NCBI GenBank assembly: GCA_027483445.1
Contig: JAIXUS010000008.1
Span: forward strand, 60,487 to 124,486
DNA length: 64,000 nt
Source: Bacteroidota bacterium
Lineage (GTDB): Bacteria; Bacteroidota; Bacteroidia; M30B66
Direction: 5' to 3'
Below are positions 22,901 through 32,137 of this stretch, one piece after another. Position numbers and translations under genes: made by a program. The notes under the pieces were generated by a model. That model was not told where the DNA came from, did not search any database, and saw only the letters and a program-made list of their open reading frames with translations. Numbering within the stretch: the stretch's first letter is position 1; each line of letters opens with the position of its first letter.

Positions 22901-24598
22901 ATTGAAGTTGAAGCGAACGTTCGCGCTTATTCCTGACATGTTAACTGTTTCGATTAACCAGTGCTTTGTGAGCGCATTGTTGAAGTAGGGAATGTTTGGT
23001 TGGCGTGTAGGTGTGGCTTTAACGTAAAGATTGGCGGTTCCAACAAGTGTAGCAGTTAAAGATTGAAGGGTCATCGGCGAATAAAATCCACCGGATCCAA
23101 CGGGGTATAAGCCTGCACTCACCATGTCGGTAGTAAAGTCGGCGGTGCTTAGACCTTCTTTAATTAAAAAGCCTTCGCCATCGGTAATAAAATATCGTGT
23201 TGCGCTGAATGTACCCGAGAGAGAGCCTTGGGGTGCGATTTTCATGGAGTTATCGCCCAATGAAACGTAATAGCTTCCGGCGGCAGTTAGATTTACATTT
23301 CCGGCCGCTCTAATGGCTCCTCCTAAACTTTTTACTCCACTACCCGCGAAAAAAAGTGACTGGTAATTGGTGCTTGGAAAAACCTCCTGATCGCCCATTC
23401 TATTGTATTGCACCCGTGCCGAAACGTTGTCAGATTCAAGGCTTCCAATACTGTTGTGTTCTCCTCCCAGATTTAAGATGTGTGCCGCTCCATTCATGCG
23501 GATGGTTCCATTTCCCGAAAGGTCATCGTTAACGGTAACAGTTCTTGCCGCAGTGCCAAAGTTGAACACACCACCCGAAACTGTTAGTTTTCCTGTTGTG
23601 ATGTTATTGTTGAGAAGGCTTAAGCTTGAGCCGGCTTTGCTGATGATGATTTCTTCAAATGTTAATGCCGTATTCGTGGTGAGACTTGCTGCAAATGAGC
23701 CTGTAAATGTTTGAATTCCGGTTAGCACCAACGTTCCATTGGTTCTGATGAAATCGCCGGCTACTTCAATGGACGGAATCGTTTTTGTTCCTGCAGCGGT
23801 AAAGCTGATGTGGAAATAGCTTCCCGCTCGAATTTCCTGCGTCGAGCCTGCATATTCAACTGTATTTCCGGTGGCAGTTACATTAAATGTACCGGCCGAT
23901 TGCATGGGCTGGTTAGCTCCAAGGTACCGCAGTCGGACATTGGAAGCATTCAAAAAGGTAGAATTCACCGCAGTGCCATCCAACGAAACAGGAATTACCA
24001 ATCCACTCGAGTGCAAGCAGTTGTTAATGAGTGTTATATTTCCTTGGATAATGACATTGTCGATGGAAATTGAGCCGCTTCCGCTAAGTGTTTGAGAAGT
24101 GGTCGAGAAGCGAGCCGTGCTTGAAGCCGTTAACGCGATAATGCCACCATTTGAAATGCCATTGCGAAATTCCAGTTGAGCTTCAACGCCTGTGTTATTG
24201 TCTAATCGGCCTGATGATGAGATACTGACCGGTCCGCGGAAGACTTTTGGCTGGCCCACAGCAATCACTCTGAAAGTTCCGTTGATTGAGGTGGTGCTAT
24301 TTATTTGCACAGCTGATGCGCCAACCGATAAAGTTCTACTGGCGTTTATAGTAAGGTTGTTTATTTCGACGGCGGCATCAATTGTCATGTTGTGGTTAAT
24401 CACCACATTGTCGTTGGGGCCGGGTGTTCCTGCTGGAGTCCAGACCTGAGCTGACCACGCATTTGTTGAGGTGCTGGTATACGTTACCTGTGCTCCTGCC
24501 TTAAATGTCATACCTAGAATTAGAATAGGCAGAAGGAAAGTAATGGCCAGGGAAGGCGACTTTTTAAAGACGTTTATTAGAGTAGAATTTTGGATCAT
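13982..24598 (-). CDS. Giant (3538 aa) secreted surface protein with a T9SS C-terminal sorting domain, probably an adhesin
   Basis: It has a signal peptide. The body is extremely Asn/Thr/Ser/Gly-rich and beta-solenoid-like, with internally duplicated modules. The last roughly 80 aa contain the 'SPNPA...VDL...AGVYHLNI' T9SS CTD signature. Confidence 0.85.
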   Translation of the reverse strand: MIQNSTLINVFKKSPSLAITFLLPILILGMTFKAGAQVTYTSTSTNAWSAQVWTPAGTPGPNDNVVINHNMTIDAAVEINNLTINASRTLSVGASAVQINSTTSINGTFRVIAVGQPKVFRGPVSISSSGRLDNNTGVEAQLEFRNGISNGGIIALTASSTARFSTTSQTLSGSGSISIDNVIIQGNITLINNCLHSSGLVIPVSLDGTAVNSTFLNASNVRLRYLGANQPMQSAGTFNVTATGNTVEYAGSTQEIRAGSYFHISFTAAGTKTIPSIEVAGDFIRTNGTLVLTGIQTFTGSFAASLTTNTALTFEEIIISKAGSSLSLLNNNITTGKLTVSGGVFNFGTAARTVTVNDDLSGNGTIRMNGAAHILNLGGEHNSIGSLESDNVSARVQYNRMGDQEVFPSTNYQSLFFAGSGVKSLGGAIRAAGNVNLTAAGSYYVSLGDNSMKIAPQGSLSGTFSATRYFITDGEGFLIKEGLSTADFTTDMVSAGLYPVGSGGFYSPMTLQSLTATLVGTANLYVKATPTRQPNIPYFNNALTKHWLIETVNMSGISANVRFNFNPEEVIGSVSLYSPRLWDGNNLIIPNSPSAPGSNPFTSNGTTILSGSWTAIDPTMRSALYSYQSGDWNSANTWTTDPSGNTLVSPMVPQAGDQIIILNGRTVNNMAAATTVGSVTIQQGGVLDLGSSSGHQFGPISGEGKLRLSSTSLPNGNYTQFVSSTGGTIEYYNIGATPLELNSTLNTYNNLEYTNSTSTATSLILNHNLTINGNLSLDRTGSGTNTFVVGNSTTPRTITIMRNVALGGGCTWLTGNFNAVHTINIHGNLTSSGTIDFTNSADYANATNGAANLNIQGSNANTSIQLNAGSNTTFYGFSSTKSTGFQLLVAAASGANVSFVNRGNTFQVNGNGTLRFGENINIPVLIGGGGGNFDLGSPTAVPRLWIDGANITDGGLGGAVVPYGTIRITSGTFTCQNGQKAIVIRESGAIEIFGGTVVAGIIRTSVTATTHRGSFEMTSGTLNLLGNGGTEQSFYSIFSLPYPENVFKMSGGTITITRTSTGGITPNGGFMVASTSANYEVSGGTVNFNTTGNIHLDVTSTVPLHTVNIGRATAGTAQVRLNSVDWSITGSEATRTNVPASDLTILNDLTILSSNSPALNAMDQDLIIAGNLNINSNSTLISGNNSIRFISNSTQNFALNGVTLFESSGGSSLINGPEAIIPGTNYSFERLTSTQNSGISPNGVQSAELLNETTENGLHRFSTPTIPSAGGQVTVSIHVKPAGRNCVSLQVGPGASVAVANFNLTGGGSVTSTSGGIQGTSITALADGWYRISATSNGSNQYQARLALGNGSCQTSYVGNTAMGIYVWGMKVESGSTASPYQPNTNTGINSLVLDKPGNSTLQITGAATQLNIRGNLLVNMGELNHANKNLNVDANVTNNTRIYGTGTAAINLSGSNLQTIFGDGDGEIRNLTLSNSGGSTGSVQTAATAGFRVNANLNLNTERVFDIQNFRLTVDATATITAGAGGFSSTRFIKTRGFLSDGGIAKTYAPAALSFIFPFGTGTNYTPATVAFTTAPATIGTIDLRPVNAQQLYVTNPNAFSYYWKLNQNGFSGIAANSINLTFNYGNLPDNTAYIPGYYNYAEIAYTTVNNVNAVNESTNDIQFSPFNKFEGDYTAGIPAAFGTVVPFYSRANGNWNSSATWSNIGHNGTASSSIPNANVPVFIGDGSMFNHTVTVTQNNTLAGSLLINAGSTLDLGTTQGNNFGALPYSTAGGAGKIRISSSTATAQFPAGDFGLFFQPDGGTAEYYTVGSNFTIPAQTASPTLMEIPSYRNLIINPGSNNRIIMPGRDLTIFEDLTITSNSPSAEASLAENTSHAITIRGNLNVSGGRLSARSEFAQILNIAGNMTVGPDATVNATHASGVSHRIQLHGNLSINGNLRCNESSKWIIEMTGNSAAVIDGSNASAVASFFQLHINKGDDASLLTNLTMAGNIQVPNSSWLNLMNGTFRVSKAVSLLINNESNLSFSIPARTKLSVNHPSAILNLTQHNSNGSDVVLAGQLEILDGTVNIGAASNTAHNDLEYSAAGTPSVDVRNNGVLNINGQFRRSTFSVQGSVQYSQSGNSTVLVRGKNPETASSFNLDRAKFEILNQGSSFSMTENALLILDRSGLPSNFFGDIYLTPSSFSMTGGEVVIGTANTPSNSSFNLYSLSPFYNIRIDGQTTNKFVNNTNAALNVLNNFFIEGNSEFRANGFDVNIGGNFTNTHTSSAIGLNAGGFKPGTSGQITTMNGSTSSQLITGVLNNLTNFANLVIHNTNPTATIQLQNNTQVRVNGSLTLTAGDLSLGNNNMTVLGNVQSQHDVFSESGYLVLGGTTNQLIQGNGQATIDKLRLSNSVGAELTAALTINENLNFSQGILYINNFLLNFAANANATGAINPNMMIRLNGVVSDAGVRKQFAAGEMSFNFPFGTTLKYTPAEYSISGNSTAGVITAKPVNIKHPATTDAANLELEFYWSVISSGFSPGATYNHQYSYFPGDALNGTEANYRAGRYFNNVWVPVGGIPSTVNAATDRITLSAVNYLNGDFTAGESTEFGIIQTYFSRNATSGGNWNDLNAWSTDITLQHDGPPATVAPSGKNIVIASGHTITVTDNNKNAPTSVLHGNLVLGNTFGHNFGVVSGTGLVRITPTPSNTFIFPGGNYNAFVSSVGGTFEYSSNSSATLPVQTVYNHLTFSGSGVKTLPAADLIINGNVLISAGQVSNTFNRQMQIKGNWTNLVGLGGFIPGGLGIVELNGTNQTLSGATNFTTLRIVNGGVKELTASMNVLHLNLMQGLVQTNANELIIGLSGTVVGGSSSSYVHGNLRKRLQSATSAVNFEVGDENLYAPVAISFSGTIGNGGSLMASTSAGDHPDMYLSGINSQKSVNRTWTLSAQSLLGFSSYTARFNFNANDLDPSANPLSFRTSRLLGGLWTMNGSNTGQPLFTETTGLTAFGLFQAGEAVEGLIWTGNVNTNWNLAGNWQPNEVPDMNDDVTIGLVANQPSIHSGSNGICRDLSMASGVIINIPATHNLSVFGNIQSQGGATQGNGAMIINNSSSTLSGDFISGTNLNILTGSGLSLNNDASLEIQRDLNVGGQLSLNGRPVTLSGTQVSRLMGQPSTFTNLTINKAASDLALFLATPITVLGNLNLLSGDVELNGNSIQLSTTGTVINENSENRIQGSSGTITAQRVLNNISDMNVAGLGATLTCANNMGLTTVVRGHQQQTYNAGFGINRYYEIHPTNNSNLNATLKFNYFDNELITPLGTIAENELDLWRFDGAYWNVQWATLDATNNQLVKSNIAEFSTWTGGSRENNALPIKLATFEAECLGEQYLVRWSTASEANNRLFELEESEDALSWKKVYAIEGAGNSNTTRSYEATLKPGGSKGSYLRLRQTDFNGNFEIFDPVFVSCKQFTTNTLQLSPNPASAFVDLQLNADQATKANISIFSTAGQLLLSAPIEISEGRSSIRLDINDLPAGVYHLNISNDKRIEFEGSRSIIKR

Positions 24599-24936
24599 CA
24601 GGCTGGTGATTAAATGAGCGGGACAATGAAAGTTGTCGGCACCGGCACTGACTCATTCTCAAATGAAAAACAAGCCCAATAATCATTAGAGCGAGTAGCA
24701 GAACTGTTTTTCAGGTAAGAATGCTTCATGCTTCCGGTTTTCCAGACGCATGATTTTACTCATTCAAATAGGGAATGTTACCCAAAGATTTAGTGTTTAA
24801 TCACGCTTAATGTCTACTTGCGTTCTGCTTGATGTTTTTTGATATTATCTTAATAATAAGGTTGTTATGAAAAATTGTAGTTGGAGAATGGATTCAAATT
24901 GAATGAATCTTACACAAGAAAATCAATGAAGCTGAT

Positions 24937-25536
24937 TTATTGATTTTGAACTAAAAGTCGTGTGTTGAAGGTATCTTCTCCTCGCTGAACGCAAAGCAAA
25001 TATATTCCGTCTGTTAATGAGGAGACGTCTAATACAGGCTCGCTTTGGTTGTCAATTTTTGGTGAAAAACGACGTCCATCCGGAGCATACAAATAGTAAA
25101 GGACTTCTTTTGGGTTCCAGTTGTTGGGAAGGAGGATTTTAGATAATCGTTGGGTTGGATTAGGAAAAACTTGTAATTGTTGAGTTTGATTAAATACTGT
25201 AACGGCTAATGTATCGCTGTAAATAGTTCCGTTTTCAACAATTCTAAAATACCACTGTCCTGGGTCAGCGTTTGTTTGGGACCAACTGTAGCTTAATTCC
25301 TCATCTGTGCTACCGCAGATTCCTGCATACCTGAAAATCTCGTAAAATTGGATTAAATCGTTGGAGGCCTGAATTGTTAAATCCGAGCAGGTGCTCCCTT
25401 TTGCGGTAACCCAAGAGTGCAGAATAACAGGTTGGTTGTAGGAAGCTTCGTATCTGATGACCGTTGCTTGCGCATGAATTTTTGCCTGAAATTGAAGGCA
25501 GCAAACAAGCAAAGTGAATCCCAGCGATTTTATCAT
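24937..25536 (-). CDS. Small secreted protein with a T9SS C-terminal domain
   Basis: It has a signal peptide and a C-terminal 'VFPNPTQ...DGIYLLCVQ' Por-secretion CTD motif. Its start overlaps the upstream stop by 1 nt (TAATG). Confidence 0.65.
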   Translation of the reverse strand: MIKSLGFTLLVCCLQFQAKIHAQATVIRYEASYNQPVILHSWVTAKGSTCSDLTIQASNDLIQFYEIFRYAGICGSTDEELSYSWSQTNADPGQWYFRIVENGTIYSDTLAVTVFNQTQQLQVFPNPTQRLSKILLPNNWNPKEVLYYLYAPDGRRFSPKIDNQSEPVLDVSSLTDGIYLLCVQRGEDTFNTRLLVQNQ

Positions 25537-26414
25537 TAACTTAAATTGCTCAGTCGACCAAACACACCTAAGGGGAGATTTTGACCACTCGCTGAAGGCA
25601 AAAACAGTTCTCCAATCTCTAATGTTGTGTTGGGGAGATTATTTTTATTCAACAAGTTAGGTAAAATGAGAGAAGAAAATCCTAATGAGTAGGTGTTGAG
25701 AATGAGAAAGTGTTCTTCTGGATCAAGTAATTGAAGAACGTCCTTTACCAATTCGTTAAGTTGCTTTTCGAGCTTCCAGCTTTCACCATTAGCTCCATGC
25801 CCATAGGCAGGCGGATCCATAATGATGCCTTGGTAAACACTCCCTCTTCTGAGTTCTCTTTTCACAAATTTCATGGCATCTTCAACCACCCAACGAATGT
25901 CGGAAAGTCCTGAGTGCTGCTGATTTTCATTGGCCCAAGTAACCACTTGTTTGATAGAATCAACGTGTGTGGTATCGGCACCTGCCGCTTTAGCTGCCAG
26001 TGAAGCGGCCCCTGTGTAAGCAAAAAGGTTCAGGAATCGAGGGTTGCTTTTCTTAACTTTCTTTATGGAGGATGAGATGAAGTCCCAATTTACGGCTTGT
26101 TCAGGAAATACTCCCACATGTTTGAATGAGGTTAATGCGAGCCGAAGTTTCAGTCGAATGTGTTTATTCTCGTAACCAATCATCCATCGGTCGGGCATTT
26201 CACGAAGTTTTTGCCATGTTCCCGACGAGCTGCTCTTGGCAACAAATCGAACATGAGCTCGCTTCTCCCATTCTTTTTGGCTGAGTTGTTTGTCCCACAA
26301 AGCCTGTGGTTCAGGACGTATGGTGATGTATTGACCAAATCGCTCTAATTTTTCGAAGTGGCCGGAGTCGATCAGTTCGTAATCTTTGAAACCTTGAGGA
26401 GAGAGTAGCAGCAC
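25536..26414 (-). CDS. Class I SAM-dependent methyltransferase (RlmI/YccW-like)
   Basis: 'FAYTGAASLAAKAAGA' (motif I) and 'IIMDPPAYGHG' (motif IV, DPPxY) indicate an rRNA/nucleic-acid methyltransferase. Confidence 0.7.
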   Translation of the reverse strand: MLLLSPQGFKDYELIDSGHFEKLERFGQYITIRPEPQALWDKQLSQKEWEKRAHVRFVAKSSSSGTWQKLREMPDRWMIGYENKHIRLKLRLALTSFKHVGVFPEQAVNWDFISSSIKKVKKSNPRFLNLFAYTGAASLAAKAAGADTTHVDSIKQVVTWANENQQHSGLSDIRWVVEDAMKFVKRELRRGSVYQGIIMDPPAYGHGANGESWKLEKQLNELVKDVLQLLDPEEHFLILNTYSLGFSSLILPNLLNKNNLPNTTLEIGELFLPSASGQNLPLGVFGRLSNLS

Positions 26415-26640
26415 CTTGCAAAGGTATAAACCCCATTTGATTATGCCGCTATGCCATCCTCCGATAGGAGATTATCGCCTAAATGCGAGCCATGAAAAGT
26501 AGTTCTGCCTTGTATTCAGGAGTGCCATTTTCATCGAATTAAGTTGTTCCTGTATGGATTGGCTGAACTTTTAGTTGCTTGGTAACGGTGGCTGCGTTTC
26601 AGCAAGGGCTTGAGCTCTGTTTAAGAAGGGGGCTCGCATT

Positions 26641-26669
26641 AAACAAAAAAGCCAGTCGGTTTTGACTGG
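26641..26669 (-). terminator. Rho-independent terminator of gyrB
   Basis: On the minus strand the stem gccagtc-aaaac-gactggc is followed by uuuuuuguu, right after the gyrB stop. Confidence 0.65.
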
Positions 26670-26677
26670 CTTCGAGA

Positions 26678-28693
<2,016 letters not shown>

Positions 28694-28861
28694 TTAGGTG
28701 CCTGTTTTTTAAGCCGTGCAAAGTTAGTGAATATCGCCCGTTGACAATGGAGAGAGCCTTAGGAAAGGCTCCTATTTTTTAACATCGAATTAACATTTGA
28801 GGCTGATAAGTTTGTGGTCTGTTTGTTTCGGAACAAAACTATGCTGCGTTATCTTTAACTC

Positions 28862-30250
28862 ATGGAAAACAGAAGAGTCCATCTGAAAAAGCTCATGCTA
28901 GGGGCTCCCCTGGCAGTTTCATCGCTGGGTTGGCTGAGTAACTGTAAAAAAGAAGATTTGCTGGACGGAGCGAATTTTTCAGGTAAAGTATTGATAGTTG
29001 GTGCAGGTGCTTCTGGGGTGTATGCGGCTGAATTGCTCATCCGCAAGGGCATAGATGTACAAATTCTTGAAGCTTCTTCAAAGGCTGGAGGGCGCATTCA
29101 GTCGGCCGATATTCCCGGCGTTGGTAGCGTAGAGTTAGGGGCAGAATTTATTCATGGTAGCCGCTCAGTTTTTTACGATATGGCTCTCAGTCAAGGTGCA
29201 GATTCACTCATTCTTGATGAAGGCGATGACCTGTTTTGGCTTGAAAACCAGATTCGAAACGAACAGTATATGAGAGAGAGTCCGACCCTAAACGGTGGAG
29301 GGCAAACACTTTTTCAAATTATCGAAAGTTTAGGCAGCTTTCCGGGTGGAGATCAAAGTTTGTTGCAGTATTTAACTGATTTTCCTTTGGAACCACCGCT
29401 TCTTCCTATTGCCAATGCGCTTATAGCTAATGATTATGGCTCTGACCTTGCCAGTATTGGAATGTTTGCACTGCGCGATGCTGAAGCAGGATTTAGTTCA
29501 GGTTCAGAGAATTATCGTCTTAAGCAAAGTATTTGGTCGTTGTTCGAAAAGAGATGCCCTAAAGCATTAAGTAAGATTAGCAATAATCAAGAAGTGCGCA
29601 AGATAAGCTATGGGGCGGCCGGAGTTACAGTTGAAACTTCGAATGGGGAAGTTTACAGTGCCGACCGTGTTCTTGTAACTGTGCCCTTGACCATGCTTAA
29701 GGCCAATCGAATAGAATTTACACCACCATTACCGATTGAAAAGCAGAATGCCATCAACACTATTGAAATGGACGGAGGAAGCAAGTATTTCATGCGTTTT
29801 ACCGGGCCATTCTGGCCTGATGGCACATCGTCAATCATTGGTGGTCAAGTAATCCCCGAATATTGGGTGATACCAGACAAGGATTTGAACGAGGCTGCCG
29901 GTTTAACTGCTTTTGTCACAGGGCCTTTACAGGCACAACTTAGAGTACTTTCTGAAGCCGAGCAGCGAAGCTTAATTTTGGGAGAGTTATCTGCTATGTT
30001 TCCAGGCGAAAGTGTATCTTCATCTCTTACGTCATTTTATGTAAAAGACTGGTCTAGCGAGCCATTTATTGAAGGTGCATATTCATACCCTTCGCTGTTA
30101 TCTGCTGGTCAGCGAGTGCCTCTATCTCTACCTGTAGATAATCTTGTGTTTTTTGCCGGTGAGGCTACGAATTTTAATGGACATCAAGGCACGGTGCATG
30201 GCGCAATGGAGTCAAGTTATAGAGCAGTACTTGAAATATTGAAGTCATGA
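28862..30250 (+). CDS. Flavin-containing amine oxidase family oxidoreductase, exported
   Basis: It has a 'VLIVGAGASGVYAA' Rossmann dinucleotide fold and 'EAS..AGGRI' typical of the amine oxidase family. The N-terminal signal/lipobox-like 'LSNCKK' is also present. Confidence 0.7.
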   Translation: MENRRVHLKKLMLGAPLAVSSLGWLSNCKKEDLLDGANFSGKVLIVGAGASGVYAAELLIRKGIDVQILEASSKAGGRIQSADIPGVGSVELGAEFIHGSRSVFYDMALSQGADSLILDEGDDLFWLENQIRNEQYMRESPTLNGGGQTLFQIIESLGSFPGGDQSLLQYLTDFPLEPPLLPIANALIANDYGSDLASIGMFALRDAEAGFSSGSENYRLKQSIWSLFEKRCPKALSKISNNQEVRKISYGAAGVTVETSNGEVYSADRVLVTVPLTMLKANRIEFTPPLPIEKQNAINTIEMDGGSKYFMRFTGPFWPDGTSSIIGGQVIPEYWVIPDKDLNEAAGLTAFVTGPLQAQLRVLSEAEQRSLILGELSAMFPGESVSSSLTSFYVKDWSSEPFIEGAYSYPSLLSAGQRVPLSLPVDNLVFFAGEATNFNGHQGTVHGAMESSYRAVLEILKS

Positions 30251-31005
30251 AAATTCGATTCATTGTTTCCATTCTACTATTTGGAGCTTCCATTTTGAAT
30301 GGTCAGAACCACTGGGATTTCATGGGCGGCCTTCAAAGCATGAATCCTAAGGCCTGGAACAGAACAATTCAAGCATACAATTTTAGTAGGGTTTGGCAAA
30401 ATGAACCTATGCCTGAGCTTCGTTCGGCAATGATTGCCGGCCTCGGATTTAATGGAGTATTGCTTAAAGGAGTCTATATAAGTCCACAGCTTCAATATGG
30501 CTCCTTTCGGTCTCTTGTGGAGCAAGAATCCATAAACACTTTGCTTAGGTTAAGATGGGCAAGTGGCATCATAGCGTTCGATTTGTTTCCATTGGAGTTT
30601 GGTCTTGATACTGTTCGATATCGTTTTAGACCTTTTGTTCGCCTTGGTGCTGGGGCTTCTTTGGTTATGCCTCGCTTTTTACAAAACGACAGTTTGGTAT
30701 CTGTAAATGGAACCATTTGGCAACCTATGGTTTGGCCGTTTTTTTCCTATGCTGCTGTTGGGATTCGTGTTAGTCTAAATCATTCACTAGGAATAGTTTT
30801 ATTGGCATCCCATCATTTTTTTCCCGAAGTTCGATTGCCCGATTACACAACAGCAGTGCATGGAACTGCGTTGCCTTCTTTAAAAGACAAGGATAAAATC
30901 CATCAATGGAATGTTCAGTTTGGATTTTCTCTACGTTTGCATCCCACCGAAGAGGATGACGACAAGAAGGAAGAAGATAAAAAGCTAAAAAGACGGCGGT
31001 TTTGA
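30247..31005 (+). CDS. Hypothetical secreted or outer-membrane protein
   Basis: It has a signal peptide, an aromatic-rich beta-strand-like body and a charged KE-rich tail. Its start overlaps the upstream stop by 4 nt. Confidence 0.45.
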   Translation: MKIRFIVSILLFGASILNGQNHWDFMGGLQSMNPKAWNRTIQAYNFSRVWQNEPMPELRSAMIAGLGFNGVLLKGVYISPQLQYGSFRSLVEQESINTLLRLRWASGIIAFDLFPLEFGLDTVRYRFRPFVRLGAGASLVMPRFLQNDSLVSVNGTIWQPMVWPFFSYAAVGIRVSLNHSLGIVLLASHHFFPEVRLPDYTTAVHGTALPSLKDKDKIHQWNVQFGFSLRLHPTEEDDDKKEEDKKLKRRRF

Positions 31006-31015
31006 ACACATAATA

Positions 31016-31378
31016 TTGACCAACATGTTTAACTTAAAGATGAAATCCGTGAAAACCCTCATTTTATCGTTACTTGGAGTAGCTGTTTTCCAGACAGTTG
31101 TGGTTGCTCAATCCAGCGGAACTGTAAAACAACAACCAGCCCCCGCGGCTAAGGTTTCCAGCGGATCGGCCAAACAAAATTTGCCTTCCGTTAAGCCCTC
31201 TAATCCAACACCGGTAAAAAGTAACCAGCCCAAAGGCAAGGCTACTCAAACTAAACCGGCCTTTAAGCCAGTGAGTTCCTCCAAGCCAAATTCTGGATCA
31301 GGCAATAAGGTTAAAAAGGACGGAACTTCCGATATGCGTTACAAAGACAACAAGCAATCGGCCCCAAAAGCAAAGTAA
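31016..31378 (+). CDS. Lys/Pro/Ser-rich low-complexity secreted protein
   Basis: A signal peptide is followed by 'KPSNPTPVKSNQPKGK'-type repeats. Confidence 0.45.
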   Translation: MTNMFNLKMKSVKTLILSLLGVAVFQTVVVAQSSGTVKQQPAPAAKVSSGSAKQNLPSVKPSNPTPVKSNQPKGKATQTKPAFKPVSSSKPNSGSGNKVKKDGTSDMRYKDNKQSAPKAK

Positions 31379-31525
31379 TCCAAGCAAGGCGATTCTTGGA
31401 GTTCTAATCTACCCAAAATCATCATTACGAAGTAAAGCGTTCGTCTGAACTGACTAAGATATTCTTAATGATTGGTTCGCCTTAATTCATTACACGAGTA
31501 GTGAATAACAATTTGTACAAACCTA

Positions 31526-31578
31526 AATGTGTGTTGCCTAATGTATTGGCCAAACTTAGGCAACACATTAGGCGTTTT
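31526..31578 (+). terminator. Strong 16-bp hairpin with a downstream T-run (candidate terminator or regulatory stem-loop)
   Basis: aatgtgtgttgcctaa-[14 nt loop]-ttaggcaacacatt is followed by aggcgtttt. Confidence 0.4.
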
Positions 31579-31974
31579 GAATTTGGCAGGCATCAAAGCT
31601 GTTTGAATGCGGTTGCATACTGATTAAAAGTTATAGGAATCGAAGCAATACGACCATTGCATCATTATCAAATTCGCCATTTCGCAGTTTTTGTGCTGAA
31701 TTGGGGCTGATTGTCCTCGCTTTTTGTTGGTATTCAGGCTATTAATCCCAGGTTTAATACGAGTCTGAACAAATGCTTATTCAAACGATTTCATGAAGCC
31801 TGTGCCTGCCTGTTTTGCTTCTTTCTGCTAGGAAAATTCCAAAATACAGAATTCGCACAGCTGAATTGTATGCGCTGTATTTCAGGCTTTTCAGCACGCT
31901 TACAATTTAGTCGATGGGTGTTAACCTATCTGAATTCGAATCTTTAAGCATGATGACCGAATTTGCTAAATCAG

Positions 31975-32116
31975 TTCAGCGTATTGACTGAATTAGATTA
32001 AAAATCGTCAGTTAACTGACTGAATTTAATTAAAACCAGTCAGTGTAATGACGATATTTGATTAAAAAACGTCAGTTAACTGACTGAATTTTATTGAATA
32101 TCGTCAGTTGCTGGAG
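31975..32116. promoter_or_regulatory. Array of four phased GTCAG...TGAC palindromic sites (two tandem 64-bp units) immediately upstream of the DUF4143 ATPase gene
   Basis: The 14-bp perfect palindrome GTCAGTTAACTGAC occurs at 32007 and 32071. Variant sites lie at 32039 (GTCAGTGTAATGAC) and 32103 (half-site GTCAGTTG), giving an exact 32-bp spacing within conserved 'gattaaaaa.c' contexts. Confidence 0.7.
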
Positions 32117-32137
32117 ATTTATGTGTAATTTTGGGTT

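Noticed and set aside
14260-24449. Dozens of 60-160 aa ORFs on the + strand inside the giant gene (e.g. 17094-17471, 18618-19106)
   Set aside because: They are antisense shadows of a single continuous 3538-aa minus-strand ORF with strong compositional bias. They have no independent start context or motifs.
31711-31947. 78-aa ORF in the long non-coding region
   Set aside because: It is AT-rich, has no RBS or promoter context and no recognisable residues, and is most likely non-coding.
31970-32120. Possible CRISPR array, suggested by repeated cgtcagttaactgactgaatt motifs
   Set aside because: There are only two 64-bp units, the repeats are palindromic operator-like sites with 32-bp phasing rather than 28-37-nt repeats separated by unique spacers, and there are no cas genes.
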